From Turneriella sp. (GTDB lineage: Bacteria; Spirochaetota; Leptospiria; Turneriellales; Turneriellaceae): a DNA stretch of 64,000 nt. Location: the NCBI GenBank assembly GCA_965279515.1, contig CBDIID010000003.1, positions 3,040,001 through 3,104,000 of the forward strand, in the 5' to 3' direction. The notes under the pieces were generated by a model. The model did no database searches. It worked only from the letters and a program-made list of their open reading frames with translations, and was not told the origin of the DNA. Made by a program: the position numbers and the translations under genes. Every line of letters begins with the position of its first letter. The first letter of the stretch is position 1. This document shows positions 37,118-46,415 of the stretch, one piece after another.

Positions 37118-38617
37118 TTAGAACAGCAGGTTCATGCTGAGAATATGAATATGCACGGTTTCGGCCGTGGGCAGGTATGCCGCGCCCGGTAGAAACGCAC
37201 CATAAGCATAGAACATCTTCAGGTCTGAAGTAAAATCATAAACCAGTTGCGCATCGAGGCCGTGGCCGACATCGGCCTTGGCGACGATGGCGTTCGGGTC
37301 AGAGATCGCATTGTCGGCGTTTTGCTTCATGTAATAACTATACTTGAGTACTGTCGTGAAGTTGCGTCCCCAGTGAAAATGCATCAGCGGTTTAAACTGG
37401 AAACCAACGCGAAAGACGTGTAGGTTGCTGAGCTTGGGCTTCAGTGCCAGGCCGGCAGAATAATAGCCAAAATAGAAGAAATTCTGGTCGGTACCCGATT
37501 CGTTTTCCTGCGAGGGGTTTGCCGGGTTTGAACCCGTGCCGGCTTTGACCTGCCGCCCCGAGCCGGTCGCATACTGGAAAATCAATCCCGGTTTCAGGAG
37601 CGACTCCGCAAAAGGGATATCATAGTTGAGGTCGAGGGTGACCCCCCATGCGCGGACCGACGCCTTATCGCTGGTATTCGTGAGCGTATTGACTTTGTTG
37701 TACGTGGTGCCGGTCTCAAAAATGCCCTCGGTGAAATAACGCACGCGGGGCGTGGCGATAAATCCCGAGAAGCCCAGGCCGAAGTAGAGCGGGTTAAAAG
37801 TGAATTGCTGCCCGGCTTTGCTGCCTGTGCTGGTATCGGTAACGGCGATGACAGATTGGTTGAGGTCATAGCTGTAAAATGCCAGGGCGTATGCGGATGA
37901 ACCCAGGAATTGGGGAGACTGCACTTCGAGAGAGGTAAAAATCCGTTTTCCGGCATCGGGCAGGTTGGCGTCGATCGTGCGGCCCGGCGTTACATCATAG
38001 ACTCCCTTTTGTGCCACCTGGCCGCTGAAACCGCAGCCGCCGAGAGAAATCGTGCAGCCCGAATACTGGGCTGAGTAAGAGGCCATCGCCGTGATGCGCG
38101 CGAAGCGGAACGTGCCGGTGTATTCGGCGCCGTCGGCAAAGTTCGCAAACAGCAGGCCGCGGCCCGTGCGATAAAATGCACGCCCTGCCGTGAGTTTGTG
38201 GTTGCCGAAATTAAACTCCCCGTTCAACAACTCCATCGCATAGAGCCCTGTCGATGCATCGGTGCCACTGCTGCGCTGGGCGTCTGTCAGCGAATTATTA
38301 TAAGCATAGCTGACACGCCCGCGCAGGTTCAGCACATATTGCTCATTCCACATATAACGGAAGTAAGGCCGGTAATTGCCGAGAAAATAACCCTTTTTGA
38401 GGCTTGCCGAATCACCGATGAACGTGTTCGCTGCCGACAAGCCATACTGGTAAATATGCGGGGCAATATTGCCCTTGCCCGTATCCAGCGGTTTCAGCTC
38501 TTCGAGCGGAACGAGTTCGTTGCGGGCTGCAAAAATAGCTGCCGGGCTTATGGCGGCGAAGAATATTAGTGCTCCGGAAAGCCGGCGCAGGCTTACCCAT
38601 TTCGTTTTTAAAACCAT
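37118..38617 (-). CDS. outer-membrane beta-barrel protein (alginate-export-like)
   Basis: signal peptide, aromatic-rich beta strands, C-terminal Phe. Confidence 0.55.
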   Translation of the reverse strand: MVLKTKWVSLRRLSGALIFFAAISPAAIFAARNELVPLEELKPLDTGKGNIAPHIYQYGLSAANTFIGDSASLKKGYFLGNYRPYFRYMWNEQYVLNLRGRVSYAYNNSLTDAQRSSGTDASTGLYAMELLNGEFNFGNHKLTAGRAFYRTGRGLLFANFADGAEYTGTFRFARITAMASYSAQYSGCTISLGGCGFSGQVAQKGVYDVTPGRTIDANLPDAGKRIFTSLEVQSPQFLGSSAYALAFYSYDLNQSVIAVTDTSTGSKAGQQFTFNPLYFGLGFSGFIATPRVRYFTEGIFETGTTYNKVNTLTNTSDKASVRAWGVTLDLNYDIPFAESLLKPGLIFQYATGSGRQVKAGTGSNPANPSQENESGTDQNFFYFGYYSAGLALKPKLSNLHVFRVGFQFKPLMHFHWGRNFTTVLKYSYYMKQNADNAISDPNAIVAKADVGHGLDAQLVYDFTSDLKMFYAYGAFLPGAAYLPTAETVHIHILSMNLLF

Positions 38618-38618
38618 A

Positions 38619-39377
38619 TCAGAGCTTTTCTATCACCAGTACGTCGCGGGCCTTTTCAAAAACATCCTGTGAGATTTTTTCGTAGAGGTGCTGAAAATTC
38701 AAGAAGTCCTCGGGGTTTCCAGAGAAGTTGAGATCGCCGGCGGAGTAACTGCTGGCTTGCTCGCCCGCTGTGGAAAATTGCTGAGAAGTCATCGTCGAGC
38801 CGCCTTCGCGCCTCGCCACTTTATCGGCAGTCACTGTTTCGCCACCGGTAACGCGTGATTTACCACCTTCGGGAACAACACTCTTGCTGCGTGCCCGGTC
38901 GATGATATCCGAAGCGGATTCAAGCATCTTAATCTCGCAGCCCTTGTCGGGCGAATAGCTGATCTCCTGGATGGTGCCGCGCACACCGGCAACGACTGTG
39001 GGTGTACGCACCTGAAAATAATTCCGTTCCGCAGGTTGCTTATAGTGTGCGATCTGGGCGACAACGCGGCCTGTGCGCAATCCCATGACGGTTTGTGTGC
39101 CATATGTACCGGAGCCGTAACTTTCCAGATTCACGTGCGTCAGCGAATGCAACGTCAATTTGCTGCCATTATGGAAGATGATCACTGCCTGGCCGCGCGG
39201 CCCTGTTTCGAGATCGGTGTCTGGTGGCAGGGAAACGCCGATTTTTGCAGCTTTCCATTGCCCCCCCTTCAGCTTGTACTGAACGTTACCGCTCAGGTAT
39301 TCGAATTTTGCCACTGCTTCGGCGTGAAGGCCGGTAGCGAGTAAGAAGAACGGTATAATCAATAATTTCATTTGCAT
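38619..39377 (-). CDS. FecR domain protein
   Basis: ETGPRGQA.I...GS.L, FQVRTPTVVAGVRGT. Confidence 0.8.
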   Translation of the reverse strand: MQMKLLIIPFFLLATGLHAEAVAKFEYLSGNVQYKLKGGQWKAAKIGVSLPPDTDLETGPRGQAVIIFHNGSKLTLHSLTHVNLESYGSGTYGTQTVMGLRTGRVVAQIAHYKQPAERNYFQVRTPTVVAGVRGTIQEISYSPDKGCEIKMLESASDIIDRARSKSVVPEGGKSRVTGGETVTADKVARREGGSTMTSQQFSTAGEQASSYSAGDLNFSGNPEDFLNFQHLYEKISQDVFEKARDVLVIEKL

Positions 39378-39381
39378 CTCC

Positions 39382-39867
39382 TCAATGGTTTGAGCTCCAC
39401 TTTTCTTTTTCTGCCCTATATTCCTCAGCCGCGCCGATGGCGCCGATAAGCTGCTCACCCGAAACGGGATTGTTTTCGCTGTAACGGTATGCGAGAATGC
39501 CGGCCTCTTGCACATCGCGCAGCGCGTAGCGGTTCCACTGCGTCAGGCGAAATAATAATCCCCGACTCACATTGAATCCTTTGAGGATAGCAAAGGCCAG
39601 TGTACCGCGGTCGAGTGCATCGTGGGCTTGCTGGTGTTTGATCAGCCCTTCGCTGCGCGCCTCGGCAAGGCGTTTTGCCTCGTTCGGATATTTCGCGTAA
39701 TCGCCGCGCGTCATCAAAATCAAATCGACGAGATCCTGAACCGTTGCAATGGGGCGTTCCGCGATCTGGCGGTAATGCGCCATCTCATTGTGACTGTCAG
39801 CGGTGATGATGGGCCTGGTGGCAAAAGGTACAAAGGCTAAGAAAAACAATGCGGTATAACGCTTCAT
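39382..39867 (-). CDS. secreted hypothetical protein
   Basis: signal peptide; tightly packed with neighbouring genes. Confidence 0.6.
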   Translation of the reverse strand: MKRYTALFFLAFVPFATRPIITADSHNEMAHYRQIAERPIATVQDLVDLILMTRGDYAKYPNEAKRLAEARSEGLIKHQQAHDALDRGTLAFAILKGFNVSRGLLFRLTQWNRYALRDVQEAGILAYRYSENNPVSGEQLIGAIGAAEEYRAEKEKWSSNH

Positions 39868-40856
39868 GGCGTGGGCTGTGCTCCGAATACAGTGTAGTTG
39901 AGCCAGAGAGCCGAAGGCGTCCGGTTCGCAAGAATATACATATCCGAGGGTAATCCTGCCCCGGCTGAGGCTGAGAAGACGAGCAAATCACCCGCAGCCT
40001 GGCTGGCCTGAAATGCGGTGGCGCTTGTCAGAAAAAGCTTACTCTGCGTCAGGGTCTCGCCAAAGTTCTTCATCACCGGCCCTGCAGATGTCGCCGTATG
40101 TGCGCGCAGCGTGCCGGCGGTATCGGTCACCAAAAAACCTTCAGCGATGCCGATTGCAGACGCGCGCACAATGCTGATATTGACAGCGGAAGCCATCGCC
40201 GTATTGGTGAGGGTATTTGTCGGGCAGAACGGAATGGCGCTCGTCGAATCATAGCGCGAAATCGGCCCCGAAGCCCCGGCGGTGGAAATCATCAGGCCGG
40301 TCGCGTCGATGCCCAGCATGGTACCGGCATAGCAGTTATAAGCCGCAATGGCGGGCAGCGAGGCGCCGACATTGATCGGCACGGCAGAAACCGGTGAGAC
40401 AGCGCCTGTGGTGCTGATGATGCCAGCCGTATCCTTGACGAAGACGGTGATATTGTTACCACTGGCATTTGCTGCGAGCCGCAGCCGGGTGGAAAAATTT
40501 AACGCCGAAGCGTTTGCGGTGACGGGCTGCGGGGCATTAAATGCCGGCAGCTTTCCGTTATTGGTGTATGCCGAAACAGAAGATGCGATGAAGATATTGT
40601 GGTTAGTGCATGCAACGGAGCAGGTGCGCGTCGAAGCGAAAACCAGCGCCAATGAACCGTTGCTCAGTTGCAATACGATCGGATTATAGTCGTCGTAGCC
40701 AGAAGCGGAAACGGGATTACCGTCGCTCAGCAGAAAACTCGCCTGTGGCAGGGGTGCGGCCTGTTCAGAATTATGCGCGCATGCCCCACCCGCAAGCAAG
40801 GCGGTGAGAAAAGCCGAGGCAAGAATCAGTAATTGCTGATGGTAGGCCCTTGTCAT
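39864..40856 (-). CDS. hypothetical lipoprotein
   Basis: lipobox-like GGAC; PD40-like DDYNP..LSNGSLALVFASTR. Confidence 0.55.
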   Translation of the reverse strand: MTRAYHQQLLILASAFLTALLAGGACAHNSEQAAPLPQASFLLSDGNPVSASGYDDYNPIVLQLSNGSLALVFASTRTCSVACTNHNIFIASSVSAYTNNGKLPAFNAPQPVTANASALNFSTRLRLAANASGNNITVFVKDTAGIISTTGAVSPVSAVPINVGASLPAIAAYNCYAGTMLGIDATGLMISTAGASGPISRYDSTSAIPFCPTNTLTNTAMASAVNISIVRASAIGIAEGFLVTDTAGTLRAHTATSAGPVMKNFGETLTQSKLFLTSATAFQASQAAGDLLVFSASAGAGLPSDMYILANRTPSALWLNYTVFGAQPTP

Positions 40857-40947
40857 GCCGTATTGTAACTTGTTCTGCACAAATTACAATTCGCCACAAT
40901 ACGTGAGAAGGCAAGTATTTATACGTGGTTGGCGAAGATGTTCGGCG

Positions 40948-41370
40948 TTACTTTGTGCATTCCCACGCGGTCTCTTGCCAGTCGGCTTCGCCCTTGTTCT
41001 TCCACTTACCCCGCAGGTTAGTCGGCTTCGGTGTCATGCGTTCTATCGAAACCTTGAATTCAAAACTACCTGAGCCACCCTTTGCCTGTTTCCATGTGCC
41101 GGTAAAAACGTTGTTCTTCACGGTTCCGGTGACGGTCCCCTTTTTATAGATATAGGTTCCGGTCACTTTACCCTTATTGTCGTTCAGGGTCATTTTGCCA
41201 AAATCGCCGCAATCCCATTTGCCGGCAATGCTCTTCGAAAAACCGCCTTGGGGTTTGGCTTCGACCATGCCAGGGGATATGTCTGCGGGTTTCTGCTCCA
41301 TGTCAGCCTGTGCGCCGAGCAGGGAGACGCATGCCATTGTAGTTAAACTGAACATCATTGTTTTTTTCAT
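40948..41370 (-). CDS. secreted hypothetical beta-rich protein
   Basis: signal peptide; repeated G.W motifs; GAGGGGG RBS. Confidence 0.6.
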   Translation of the reverse strand: MKKTMMFSLTTMACVSLLGAQADMEQKPADISPGMVEAKPQGGFSKSIAGKWDCGDFGKMTLNDNKGKVTGTYIYKKGTVTGTVKNNVFTGTWKQAKGGSGSFEFKVSIERMTPKPTNLRGKWKNKGEADWQETAWECTK

Positions 41371-41417
41371 CCCCCCTCGGTAGAGCCGCGGGGGACCCCG
41401 TCAACCGTATAAAGCAC

Positions 41418-41454
41418 TCAGGTTATACCCCCCATTCGGGTGGGTATAACCTGA
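41418..41454. promoter_or_regulatory. long inverted repeat in a divergent intergenic region
   Basis: TCAGGTTATACCC ... GGGTATAACCTGA (13-bp perfect arms). Confidence 0.5.
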
Positions 41455-41499
41455 AGATTACGCTATGCGAATGCGGAATTTTTCAAACCGTAACTCGTC

Positions 41500-44037
41500 G
41501 TGCAACGCGCCGCCTTACATACCCTTGCCGAGGTCCCTATTGTCACGCAATGGGACTATTTCTGGGACATGCTACCTTACGCAGTTCCGGGATTTATTAC
41601 TTTTACGACTGGCGTCTTTCTCGCCTTAGTCTGTCTTACCCGCTTCTTTCGCGAATCCCGGACGCGGCGTGATTATTTGTACCGCGATGCGGCGATGATG
41701 CTGTTCGGTTTCGGTGTGCTGGGATTAGTATTTGCGATGCGGGCGGTTATCCAGGACGAGGCTTTTCTGCTGCGCTGGAACAACCGGGTGCAGTGGCTCG
41801 CGAGCCTGATCTTTCCCGGTACGCTCGGTTTTGTATACCGGTTTCTGGGTAGCCGTCACAAGGCCCTGCAATATTGGCTCTACGCCGGTTGGGCGTTGGT
41901 GGCTCTATGCTTCGTTACCGGCTTCCTGAATTTGTTTCTGCTCAACGATTGGGCTTATTATCCCTTTGGCAAATATCCGAAAGGGTCGATCTATGCGAAA
42001 ATCTGGATACTGGTCGGCAGCGTTGGTTCTTATTATACATTTTTGCTTCTGCTTCTGAACTGGAAAAATAAAAAGAGCCGCGGCGAGAAAATGATTATCG
42101 CCGGCATCTTCCTGTTAATTCTGCTGACAACTTCGAATGGACCGAGCCAGTTAGGCATTCGTTTTTATCCGTTGGGTGTCTTCAACTTTATCCCGATGTT
42201 TCTCGTGCTCGCGGGCATTCTGCTTTCGGATTTCCTCAGTCTCAATGAATTTCTTTTTGAGCGCAGTGGTCTCTTCTATGCCGTGACATTTTTCATCGCA
42301 CTGATTTTCTTAGCCCTTGCGTTTACCATTGCATTCGGCCTGCAACCGGAGTTCTTTAATCCGGTACGAATATCCCTCTACCTGGTTATGGCCGTGATCT
42401 CGCTCATCGCGATTCTGGTTCTCGCTATTACTATCGCTGGCATCAACCCCCGCAGCCCCGTAAACCAGCTCGCCGCGGCCTTTCTGTTCTCGGTTGGTTT
42501 ACTCGAAGTCATTATGGTGCTCTCGGCGATACGCATGCCGGTACTGTACTTCCAGCGTATTCAGCAGCTGATCTATTTATTTTTCGTATTTGCGCCGGCT
42601 TTGGGGCTCCACGCCATGTACGTCGTCTATGGTCTCAAACCGCCATGGATCGTCTATGCGGTCGATGTGCTGGTTGTGATTTGTTCGATACTGACGCAAA
42701 CACCGTGGTATTATGTGGGTATGTATCAATTCAGTTTCGGGCATTTCGCCGCGGCAGGGCCCGGCGGTGACTTGTTTTCTGCCACAGCTGCGATTGCCAT
42801 CACGCTGGGCATTTGGGTCTGGCTGAAACAGCGTAAGAAAGCCGCAAACAAACAGGCCACTTATATTGTGCTCTCGTTTATTCTCCTGGGCATCCTCATT
42901 ATTACCAGCGTGCCGGCGCTGCAGGGTTTCGACATCTTTCCGCTTTCGGGCATGCTGGCCTTGCCTGCCGGCGTTCTGGCCTATGGCCTTTCAAAGCACG
43001 GGCCTTTGACGATGCAGGGCCGCGCCTTTGCTATCAACCGCCGCATGGCGATCTTTCTTGTGCTCTTTGTCATCGTTGCGTTGCTTCTGGTCTTTGTCAC
43101 ATTACGAGCACAGAGCGAAAGCCGGGCGGGTATCCTCTACGCGCTGTTTCTCGTCATACCGCTGTTTCTTTTCGGCTACCTGATCCTGTTTCTTTTCACC
43201 AAACCGCTGACCATCGACATCGATTCGAGCTTCGACATGCTCGAGCAAGAAAAACAGGTCTCGAACCTGCTTCTGCTCAACATTTTGCCGGCATCGGTTG
43301 CCGAAGAGCTCAAAGAGCAGGGCGAGGTGAAGCCGATTTTTTATGAATCGGCCACTGTGATCTTTACCGATTTTGTCGGCTTTACGCGTACGGCCAGCCA
43401 GATGCAGCCACAAGAACTCATCGAACAGCTGAACCGCATCTTCTATCAATTCGACGCCATTAGCCAACGCTACGGGATCGAGAAAATCAAGACCATCGGC
43501 GATTCATACATGGCGGCCGGCGGCCTGCCGCAAAAAAATACCACGCATGCGCTCGATGTCTGCCTTGCGGCCATGGAACTCAAGCGCATGACGGAACAGA
43601 CACTACAGCTTTTGGCGGAAACCGGCGGAGCATTGTGGGAGCTTCGCATTGGCATACATACCGGGCCCGTGATGGCGGGTGTTGTCGGCCAGCATAAATA
43701 CGCCTATGACATCTTCGGCGACTCGGTCAACATTGCGAGCCGCATGGAAAGTACAGGTACGCCCGGGGAGATCAATATTTCCGAAAGCACCTACAACGAG
43801 GTGCAATATCTGTTTGATTGCGAACACCGGGGCAGGTTGCCGATAAAAAACCGCGGCGAAATCAATATGTATTTTTTGCGCGGGCTCAAGCCCAGGTATG
43901 TAGACGCTAACGGCGTCCCTAACCAGCGTTTCCGCGACATCTATAAGAAATTACAGGTCGGGGCGCGGCTGGTTCCCAGAGGGGCTAAATCGGCGCCCGA
44001 AGAAGATTTTTCGCTAGCGACAGAATCCCCCGCATAA
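41500..44037 (+). CDS. multi-TM class III adenylate/guanylate cyclase
   Basis: LLLNILP, FTDFVGFT, KIKTIGDSYM, RIGIHTG, YDIFGDSVNIASRMES; start uncertain (41500 or 41569). Confidence 0.92.
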   Translation: MQRAALHTLAEVPIVTQWDYFWDMLPYAVPGFITFTTGVFLALVCLTRFFRESRTRRDYLYRDAAMMLFGFGVLGLVFAMRAVIQDEAFLLRWNNRVQWLASLIFPGTLGFVYRFLGSRHKALQYWLYAGWALVALCFVTGFLNLFLLNDWAYYPFGKYPKGSIYAKIWILVGSVGSYYTFLLLLLNWKNKKSRGEKMIIAGIFLLILLTTSNGPSQLGIRFYPLGVFNFIPMFLVLAGILLSDFLSLNEFLFERSGLFYAVTFFIALIFLALAFTIAFGLQPEFFNPVRISLYLVMAVISLIAILVLAITIAGINPRSPVNQLAAAFLFSVGLLEVIMVLSAIRMPVLYFQRIQQLIYLFFVFAPALGLHAMYVVYGLKPPWIVYAVDVLVVICSILTQTPWYYVGMYQFSFGHFAAAGPGGDLFSATAAIAITLGIWVWLKQRKKAANKQATYIVLSFILLGILIITSVPALQGFDIFPLSGMLALPAGVLAYGLSKHGPLTMQGRAFAINRRMAIFLVLFVIVALLLVFVTLRAQSESRAGILYALFLVIPLFLFGYLILFLFTKPLTIDIDSSFDMLEQEKQVSNLLLLNILPASVAEELKEQGEVKPIFYESATVIFTDFVGFTRTASQMQPQELIEQLNRIFYQFDAISQRYGIEKIKTIGDSYMAAGGLPQKNTTHALDVCLAAMELKRMTEQTLQLLAETGGALWELRIGIHTGPVMAGVVGQHKYAYDIFGDSVNIASRMESTGTPGEINISESTYNEVQYLFDCEHRGRLPIKNRGEINMYFLRGLKPRYVDANGVPNQRFRDIYKKLQVGARLVPRGAKSAPEEDFSLATESPA

Positions 44038-45415
44038 GCCCCGCTGCGGTGAGGCAGAAGATGAGCCCGGCGGGTACATACCATGTCCACGCCAGCGGCG
44101 AGAAGATTGCAATAAGCGCCATGCCCGTCGCCGACGCGAGAAATCCCACTAGGGCGGATGCCTGGCCGACACGGCTAAAAGCCAGAATGTAAAGGCCCAC
44201 GATGCCGCCCGCGAGTATCGACGCGAGTTTTAAGGCAATCACCACGACGGGGCTTTTCTGATCGGTGAAGAGTAATGCGATCAGCATAATCGCCGCCGCC
44301 CAGATCAGGGTCAATGCGCGTGAGAGCCTGAGGCGCCTGCGTTCGTCGTTCACGGCGTAGTTCGGAAACAGGTCAAGCAAGGTCGACGAAGCGAGTGAAC
44401 TTAACGTTGCTGAAAGCGTGGATTGGCCCGTCGCAAAGATCGCCGCGAGCACGAGGCCGACGAGACCTGCGGGCAAATGTTTGATGATGAATGTCGGGAA
44501 AATGCTGTCGCTCGAGGCGAAAGGCGCACCCTTGAAAAAAACAAACAGCCAGACGCCGATGATGAGAAAGAGCAGAAATTGCAGGTCGACGAGAATACCG
44601 CTGGTGATCATCGCCTTCTGCGCATCTTTCAGGTTGCGGCAGGCCAGCGATTTCTGCACGATGAGCTGGTCGGTGCCATGCGACGAAACCGCCAGCAGTG
44701 CTCCGCCGATAATACCAGCGATCAGATGAAAGGGCTCCTTAAAGAAGGATGTCCAGCCGTTCGCAAAACCCGATGCGAGAAACTGGAATTTTTCCGCGGG
44801 CGCTGAAGAGAGATCCATGCCGCTTGCCTGCAAAACAAAAACCGCGGCAAATGCGCCGGCGAGATAGACACCCGTTTGGATAAACTCCACCCACATCGCG
44901 GCGCGCACCCCGCCGAAAAAAGTATAGGGCAGCGTGAGTAGCGTAAAGACCAGAATCGATGTGGTGATCGACCAGCCGCTGATGAGCGACAGGGGCAATG
45001 CTGTGGCATAGAGTCTCACACCCGTGCCTAAAAGGCGGGTAATCTGGAAGAGTACAGCCGCAAGGCGCCGCATAGGCACGCTATAGCGGTGCTCGAGAAA
45101 GGCATAGACCGTTTCGATATTGCCTTTGAAGTACGCGGGCAGTAAGACAAAGGCCACGATGATGCGCCCGATGACATAGCCGAAGGCCAGCTGCATGAAG
45201 GTGAGATTACCCGTGTAGGCAAGCCCGGGTATCGAGATGAATGTCAGGCTCGAGGTTTCGGCGGCGACGATCGAAGCGGAGATCACCCACCACGGCAGGG
45301 TGTGTTCGCCCGAAAAAAAATCCGCGGTGCCCTTTTGGCCGCGGCCTGCCACAAAGCCAACAAGCTGCAGCACAGCAAAGTAGCCGATGAGGACCACGAA
45401 GTCGAGTGTGTTCAT
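43985..45415 (-). CDS. sodium:solute symporter (SSS) family transporter
   Basis: SIVAAETSSLTFISIPG, SHGTDQLIVQ, QSTLSATLSSLAS. Confidence 0.88.
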   Translation of the reverse strand: MNTLDFVVLIGYFAVLQLVGFVAGRGQKGTADFFSGEHTLPWWVISASIVAAETSSLTFISIPGLAYTGNLTFMQLAFGYVIGRIIVAFVLLPAYFKGNIETVYAFLEHRYSVPMRRLAAVLFQITRLLGTGVRLYATALPLSLISGWSITTSILVFTLLTLPYTFFGGVRAAMWVEFIQTGVYLAGAFAAVFVLQASGMDLSSAPAEKFQFLASGFANGWTSFFKEPFHLIAGIIGGALLAVSSHGTDQLIVQKSLACRNLKDAQKAMITSGILVDLQFLLFLIIGVWLFVFFKGAPFASSDSIFPTFIIKHLPAGLVGLVLAAIFATGQSTLSATLSSLASSTLLDLFPNYAVNDERRRLRLSRALTLIWAAAIMLIALLFTDQKSPVVVIALKLASILAGGIVGLYILAFSRVGQASALVGFLASATGMALIAIFSPLAWTWYVPAGLIFCLTAAGLMRGILSLAKNLLRAPI

Positions 45416-46374
45416 GCGGTGGTAATGACGACGTTCCCGATCTTACTGCCAGTCATCACATAGCTATACGCTTCGGCGATTTGTCGCAGCGAATACGTTC
45501 TGTCGATGAGGGGCTTAAACTTTCCCTGTACCAGCAGGTCTGAGATAAAACGGATGCTACGCGGGATATCCGCGGGTACGGGAAATTTAACTTTTTTGCA
45601 CGGGAACAAAGCGGTCAGCAGGGCAAGAAACGGATTCTGGACATAGGGCCCGAGTTCCGAGGAGATGTAGATACCTTTTTCTTTGAGCAGCGGTTTACAT
45701 TTTTTGAAAGTGCTTTTACCGACGGCGTCAAAAACATAGTCAAACTTTTCAGGAATCTTTGTGAAATCTTCGGTTTGATAGTCGATGACGCGCGTAGCTC
45801 CGAGTGAGCGTAGACGCTCCAGATATGCCGTGCCGCAAACCGCCGTGACTTCGAGACCGAGATGGTTTAGAAACTGGACCAAGGCGGAGCCGATACCCCC
45901 CGTTGCGCCGTTAACCAGAACACGCTGGCCTTTTGTCGCCTTGACTTTGGTCAGGAAGTTATAGGCATAATGTGCTGCTTCCAGGCTCGCAACAGCTGTA
46001 ATCAGATCGATGCCCGCTGGCACCTTCGCCACCGCGGCTTTCTCTCCAATCACCATGTACTCAGCCTGTGAAGCTAAACCCTGGTCGTTGAAGCCAAAGA
46101 CTTTATCGCCAACCGCAAACGCAGCGACCTGATCGCCTTTAGCCACCACTTCGCCGGCGAAATCGGTTCCCGGTACGGGCAATTTGGGTTTGAAGAGGCC
46201 GGTAAAAAAACGCATGATGAAGGGTTTGCCGGTCAGTACTGCGGCATCTGTCCTGTTGACGGTTGTTGCCTGTACCCTGACGAGCAGTTGACTTGCCCCT
46301 GGTATTGGTTTTTCGATTTGCCTGACGGTAAGGCAATCGGGGCCGCAGTATTGATCTCTGTACGCAGCTTGCAT
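45412..46374 (-). CDS. NAD(P)-dependent MDR oxidoreductase (zinc-independent)
   Basis: TVNRTD, GTDFAGEV, NGATGGIG, VIDY, FDAVG. Confidence 0.88.
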   Translation of the reverse strand: MQAAYRDQYCGPDCLTVRQIEKPIPGASQLLVRVQATTVNRTDAAVLTGKPFIMRFFTGLFKPKLPVPGTDFAGEVVAKGDQVAAFAVGDKVFGFNDQGLASQAEYMVIGEKAAVAKVPAGIDLITAVASLEAAHYAYNFLTKVKATKGQRVLVNGATGGIGSALVQFLNHLGLEVTAVCGTAYLERLRSLGATRVIDYQTEDFTKIPEKFDYVFDAVGKSTFKKCKPLLKEKGIYISSELGPYVQNPFLALLTALFPCKKVKFPVPADIPRSIRFISDLLVQGKFKPLIDRTYSLRQIAEAYSYVMTGSKIGNVVITTA

Positions 46375-46415
46375 AGATTGGATGTGCAAGAGCCGAAGTG
46401 GCGCTGCCGCGCAAC

